This document shows, piece by piece, positions 59,553 to 64,000 of a stretch of DNA of 64,000 bases. Under the pieces are notes generated by a model, which did not search any database, was not told the origin of the DNA, and was given only the letters and a program-made list of their open reading frames with translations. The position numbers and the translations under genes were made by a program. How positions within the stretch are numbered: position 1 is the stretch's first letter; each line of letters opens with the position of its first letter. This DNA comes from Psilocybe cubensis (taxonomy: Eukaryota): the NCBI GenBank assembly GCA_017499595.2, contig CM038998.1, positions 2,604,001 through 2,668,000 of the forward strand, read 5' to 3'.

Positions 59553-59842
59553 TGGTCAACATCATCGAGCACACTGTCAACTTTGCTTACATAAAGGCAT
59601 TTAAGCGTGGGAAGCTGCACTCCAGCATCCTCCGATAGATTTTCAATTGAATTCAACAAGTTGCTGGCCCACTCAAGCTTTGTACGTCGCAGGTTCAAGG
59701 GGTCTTCCATGCTGCCAATACCTTAGTTTATATTTCCAGCTTGCAGCAAGGTATGCCAGTTTGTCCTCTGAGCATTCAATGTTCATTCAGTCGCGTATAG
59801 ATCTGCAAACGGTTTGCGTTGTGGATAATTCCCAGTCGGTCC

Positions 59843-62326
59843 ATGCTCCGGAGGGCTTTCCTTGCTCAGAATCGACATCTGGAGTCGACTATATCAAAAT
59901 GCATCCTTTTATCACACTATGCGACGCCCAGTCTCGTGCAAGGTTCACGCTTTGCGTCTCGTTTACCTGTGCGCAAGCATCTCACGAGCATTCCAGAGAC
60001 TTCACAAATCTCGGAATACACCACCAACCTTCAACGATACTATATTTATACCCCTACACCACGAGATTTTATTCGCATCATGGCAGCTCTGGAATCTTAC
60101 CAGCCTTTGGAGAAGATTTTACGATTGATTAAAAATTCGCCCTCCCTTGCCCAATTCTTTTCGAACAGACGAAACGTGAGGGAAGTTGCCAAAGAATTGG
60201 CACGATCCCCCAAACCCCACCGCTCGATTGATATTCTCAACCTCGCCTATCATCTTGGGCATACTTTGAATCCAGGCGCATATGAATCCGTTGCTTTCCA
60301 CCTTGCTCAATCGCGGAACTGGGATATGATACTCGGAGTTGTTGGTGCTGCTAGGAAGCATGTTGGCCATACTACTCTTAGGCTTTTAAATTGGCGTGCC
60401 CTGGCGTTAATGGAGTCACAACGGTACGCGTCCTTGCGACGTATTTTGGACGAATTTAAATCTGCAAGTCTTGCTCCCATTCGGAGGACCTATCATATAA
60501 TGCTGTCTGGGTGTTTGCGGAATCAGGACATGGCAGGAGCCAAGCATACGCTTCAACTAATGCGGGAGTCTGGAATTCCTATGGACTCAACCACTCATGC
60601 TTTGATTAACAATTCCTATCGGAAATTTGGCGTAGATCTGCAAATCCGTAATAATGCACTGGTCAGTTTACCAAACCTTGTTCCTCACAGGCGCACGGCT
60701 GTCATCAATAGTATGATTCAGTCTGCTCTTGATAGGGACGATATGTCTGCAACATTCCACCTACTATCACTTTTCGGCGACAAGAATGTCTTCAGGGCTC
60801 TTTCGTTGGCATCCCCCGAATTTGCGCTTGGTCAAGTCCAACCAAACTCAGTCGATATCCCATCTCTGCCAAATCTAGATATGAAACCCAACTCCGACAC
60901 TTTTGCTCTTTTCATGAATTATTGCATCAGAAACCTTCATCCCGAGGGTTCTCTCGGAATTGCAAAACAGTCGTTGTTGCTAGGAATACCACCCAGCCCA
61001 AGTCTAGTGACATCTTTGGTGCATACGTATTTTCAACAAGAGCGGGGAGATGATGCCATAAATATGCTTTCACGGTTAACTGCGGGTCCCAAGGCTCAGG
61101 TCTGGACTGCTCTCCGGGTTGATTCAAATTCACAGCGCGATCCCGAGTTCTCTTTGCAAGGTTTTGCGCCTTTATCACTCACCACTCGCATATTCAACGC
61201 CTTGCTCAAGGGTGTTCTTTACCGTCAGGGCCTTTCCTGTGTCCCAATTGTCTTCTCACTTATGCATGCGAATCACGTTCGACCAAATTCACGTACGATC
61301 GAAATATTACTTTCATACATGAACCAAGTCAACATACCACATCCTCGTACTTTTTTTCAAGTCCTGCGTGCCTTAACGGTTGAATCTCACGTACGCCCAT
61401 CAATACAACATCTACATATCATCGTCAGTCGTATCTTTCGAGACGAAAGAGCCATGGTAATTCGTAGCGCTTGGGCGCCTCGCTTCTCCCGAAGGCTAGC
61501 CCCACATCAGGGTTATCGAAAGCGGATTACTTTGCTGGGAACCACAGACGTCTTTGATCCATTAGCTGGTATCGAATTAGGGAAACATTTGTCTTATCGT
61601 GCTTCTGCTAGGCCAGCCATACAATCATTAACGGCACACGAAGTGAAAAGTGATAGTGCCATGGTCTTCCTTCGCATTCGTCGTCAATCGGTCCTGCATT
61701 CAGATGTGGAATCTGCACACCGCTTTCTCCAAACGCTCATGGCCCGAGGGATGCACCCCAACGCGTATCATTTTGGGGCTCTTATTGAAGGTTATGCTCT
61801 TGCGGGCAATTTCTCGTCAGCCCTAGACGTCATGAAGAGTGCAAGCGATTCAGGTGTTCAACCTAATGCCGTGATGTATACCCATCTCATTTCTGCATAT
61901 GCTCGTCGTCAAGATCCAAAGTCAGCTGTATCGATGTTTAAAGCCATGATCTCTCATGGCATCGTTCCCGACGTTGCATCCATTGATGCCGTGGTTAGTG
62001 CATTCCATGCCAAACGAGACGAAAATACAGCGCGCGATCTCCTGAAGACGCTATGGACGTACATTCAACCTTTTCCTGAATCTCTGGCCAGCGCAGATTT
62101 GCCAACGATGCTTACCCATTTTCGTTCAATCAATCCCACATCGAAAAAGGCGAAGTTTTCTTTCAACAAAAGGATAGAAACGTACTTGCAAGTGAGGAAG
62201 ATAATTCGTGCATATAGGAAATATTTTGGAACGCACCCGCACACTCAAAGGATGCTACGGCGAAGGCGTGCGCGCCGCCAACTGTCTGCAAAATCTACCG
62301 ATGGCAAACTTTGCCCACCCAAGTAG
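59843..62326 (+). CDS. Pentatricopeptide-repeat protein, probably mitochondrial; single long exon
   Basis: PPR motifs RTYHIMLSGCLR..MRESGIPMD, YHFGALIEGYA..GVQPN, VMYTHLISAYA..GIVPD. Basic N-terminus MLRRAFL. Confidence 0.88.
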   Translation: MLRRAFLAQNRHLESTISKCILLSHYATPSLVQGSRFASRLPVRKHLTSIPETSQISEYTTNLQRYYIYTPTPRDFIRIMAALESYQPLEKILRLIKNSPSLAQFFSNRRNVREVAKELARSPKPHRSIDILNLAYHLGHTLNPGAYESVAFHLAQSRNWDMILGVVGAARKHVGHTTLRLLNWRALALMESQRYASLRRILDEFKSASLAPIRRTYHIMLSGCLRNQDMAGAKHTLQLMRESGIPMDSTTHALINNSYRKFGVDLQIRNNALVSLPNLVPHRRTAVINSMIQSALDRDDMSATFHLLSLFGDKNVFRALSLASPEFALGQVQPNSVDIPSLPNLDMKPNSDTFALFMNYCIRNLHPEGSLGIAKQSLLLGIPPSPSLVTSLVHTYFQQERGDDAINMLSRLTAGPKAQVWTALRVDSNSQRDPEFSLQGFAPLSLTTRIFNALLKGVLYRQGLSCVPIVFSLMHANHVRPNSRTIEILLSYMNQVNIPHPRTFFQVLRALTVESHVRPSIQHLHIIVSRIFRDERAMVIRSAWAPRFSRRLAPHQGYRKRITLLGTTDVFDPLAGIELGKHLSYRASARPAIQSLTAHEVKSDSAMVFLRIRRQSVLHSDVESAHRFLQTLMARGMHPNAYHFGALIEGYALAGNFSSALDVMKSASDSGVQPNAVMYTHLISAYARRQDPKSAVSMFKAMISHGIVPDVASIDAVVSAFHAKRDENTARDLLKTLWTYIQPFPESLASADLPTMLTHFRSINPTSKKAKFSFNKRIETYLQVRKIIRAYRKYFGTHPHTQRMLRRRRARRQLSAKSTDGKLCPPK

Positions 62327-62444
62327 ACAAAATACGATCAGCGATTTAACCATTTGCCGGTCCTCCTATGCACAGCTGCCTGATATATTGATAGTATTTA
62401 CCATAGTGGTTGGTATAATAGAATTACATTTATAATCGGTATCA

Positions 62445-64000
62445 TCATGAAAACTTTGCGTCCAGCAACCGAAGGGCATCTCTTACGCCCTCTGCATGGA
62501 CCTGGCGTAATCGTCGTCGTCCGCACTCAAGTAAAACTTCTTGAGGAACTAATCTTAGAGGTGGAGATGTTCGTCCTGGCCTTATCTCTCCCCCGTTTCC
62601 AGCAGTAGAAAAATTGTTGATCTCAACAGCATTTTGTGATAATTGTGGTGCAGGTGATATCACTATCCGTGGGCCCAAACATTTAGATCGACTAGACACC
62701 ACTTCAGCCAGCAAGGAAAGGTCTGCGAATTCCACATTAGGATGCGCTTTGATCTTCTTCCAGGCATCATTGGTGGGGATGAGATCTGCACCATTGATAG
62801 TAGGGTCATCGAGGGGCGATGACGGGCAGTTTCCACATCCCAGTCCGTTAGATTTGCCTCCACAGCAAGCGCGAGGTCGACCTGGAGTAGGAGGACAACC
62901 ATTACAATCTGTAAGCGCGGATGCCGTGTTTCCAATGGCGGCGCAGAAAGCTTTTCCAAATGCATCGTCCCCACAGGCTAGACAATTGGACGGATCTCCA
63001 GAACAATTTTCGTCCAGAGGGCGACTGGAGGTGGACACAACTTGCACGGGAAACACTGAATTGACTTGGACTGCACCAGATCTCCTTCGAAGGGCAACTG
63101 GAGGCTGATAAGGAGGAAGATTATCCAATATCGATGGGACTTCTTGAACAACAGATTCTTGGAAATTTGTATCGAGATTTTCTCTGTTGATTAGAACCTG
63201 TGTGTTGGTAAAGTCGTTTGAGTTTCTATCAACAACCGCCATTTCTTGACAGACGCAGATAGTGTCTTCATTACAGAAACCACAACCAAAGGAAACAAAT
63301 GGTCGAAGAGACATTTCGTCAGCTTTCACGTTCGGCGCAAGGTCGTTAAAATGATTGAAGGAGTTTACATCCATTTCGGTTGATGTACCATACGAGAGAG
63401 GGGGGAATTGCGAATCTGTCGTGTCATTTGAATCCGGTGTAGACGCTACAGAAGGCGAGAAAGATAATGACGGTGCGGGAGCAGGAGCCGTGGAGGTTAA
63501 GATATCGCAATTGTTGATTTTACGCGTTTTCTTACTCGAGCGGTTGTCTGTATTGAGAGTAAGTGAAATGGCAGGGGAATCGTCTCTCCGGCGTTTTTTC
63601 TTATCCTTGTCGTCCGATGGCTTTTGGTCAGAAGTTTGTTGTAAAACTAAGTGCTCTTGTTGCTGTTGTTGCTGCTGCATCTGAGATAATTTGGCCTGTA
63701 GCGCCAAGTTTTCATTGCGCAATTTCTCGTTCTCTTCCTTCAGGCGTTTAGCAATGTTTTGCAATGCGACGTTTCGTTCGACTTCGCCTTGTTCATAAGA
63801 TTGAATCCGAGCTTGTAGCTCAGAAAGTTGAGATTGCTTTCGTTCTCTAAATGCCCTCTGAGCAGCTCTACAAATAGAGTTAGGAGATATCAATGAATGA
63901 GGGTAAAAAGGGTGCTGACCTATTTTGGATACGGCGGCCCTTAGTGTCGATTTGCTAAATGAAAGATAACATGAGCTACATCTGAACCGGAGAAAAATGT
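62445..64000 (-). CDS. hapX: HapX-type iron-responsive bZIP transcription factor (5' end outside window)
   Basis: RRIQNR|AAQRAFRERKQ bZIP. Cys-rich regions CGFCNEDTICVC, CSGDPSNCLAC..FC and CCGG..CGNC. DAWKKIKAHPN, and a poly-Q tract near 63657-63680. Confidence 0.85.
   Translation of the reverse strand, partial: IFLRFRCSSCYLSFSKSTLRAAVSKIGQHPFYPHSLISPNSICRAAQRAFRERKQSQLSELQARIQSYEQGEVERNVALQNIAKRLKEENEKLRNENLALQAKLSQMQQQQQQQEHLVLQQTSDQKPSDDKDKKKRRRDDSPAISLTLNTDNRSSKKTRKINNCDILTSTAPAPAPSLSFSPSVASTPDSNDTTDSQFPPLSYGTSTEMDVNSFNHFNDLAPNVKADEMSLRPFVSFGCGFCNEDTICVCQEMAVVDRNSNDFTNTQVLINRENLDTNFQESVVQEVPSILDNLPPYQPPVALRRRSGAVQVNSVFPVQVVSTSSRPLDENCSGDPSNCLACGDDAFGKAFCAAIGNTASALTDCNGCPPTPGRPRACCGGKSNGLGCGNCPSSPLDDPTINGADLIPTNDAWKKIKAHPNVEFADLSLLAEVVSSRSKCLGPRIVISPAPQLSQNAVEINNFSTAGNGGEIRPGRTSPPLRLVPQEVLLECGRRRLRQVHAEGVRDALRLLDAKFS

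Noticed and set aside
59459..59710. 83-aa minus-strand ORF upstream of and overlapping the transporter start
   Set aside because: It is in a different frame from the transporter, has no usable acceptor after its GTAAGC, and shows no homology cue. It could be a uORF, but this is unsupported.
62614..63684. Antisense ORFs, including one ending in poly-Cys (63355-63684)
   Set aside because: These are shadows of the HapX coding strand. The Cys run is the reverse complement of the poly-Gln codons.

Overview
Gene-dense (about 27 genes in 64 kb), intron-rich eukaryotic DNA. Introns are mostly 45-70 nt GT-AG with CTRAY-like branch points, and the gene content points to a basidiomycete fungus, probably Agaricomycetes (inference). 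Most of the window is conserved housekeeping genes: a LIM protein, a flavocytochrome b2-like enzyme, a TEY MAP kinase, a secreted cupredoxin, CBF5, RPL22, a DHX29-like helicase, INO80, fumarase, PEX11, CMC1, LIP5, RPS28, KAE1, PDH E2, CSL4, NudE, ESS2, FAM192A/Fyv6, Srf1-like, Slx9-like, XRCC2-like, an SLC35F/EamA transporter, a PPR protein and HapX (truncated at the window end). The one clearly accessory stretch is about 3.0-6.1 kb. It holds nested imperfect inverted repeats around a frameshifted acidic ORF relic, plus spliceosomal-looking introns with no ORF. I found no convincing novel multi-gene system. The best leads are the 3-5 kb repeat/lncRNA region, a two-Met fumarase presequence, clustered GC-AG introns, a tail-to-tail pair of step-II spliceosome factors, and several domain-level oddities. 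Gene spans run start codon to stop codon including introns. They were assembled by eye and no database search was run.
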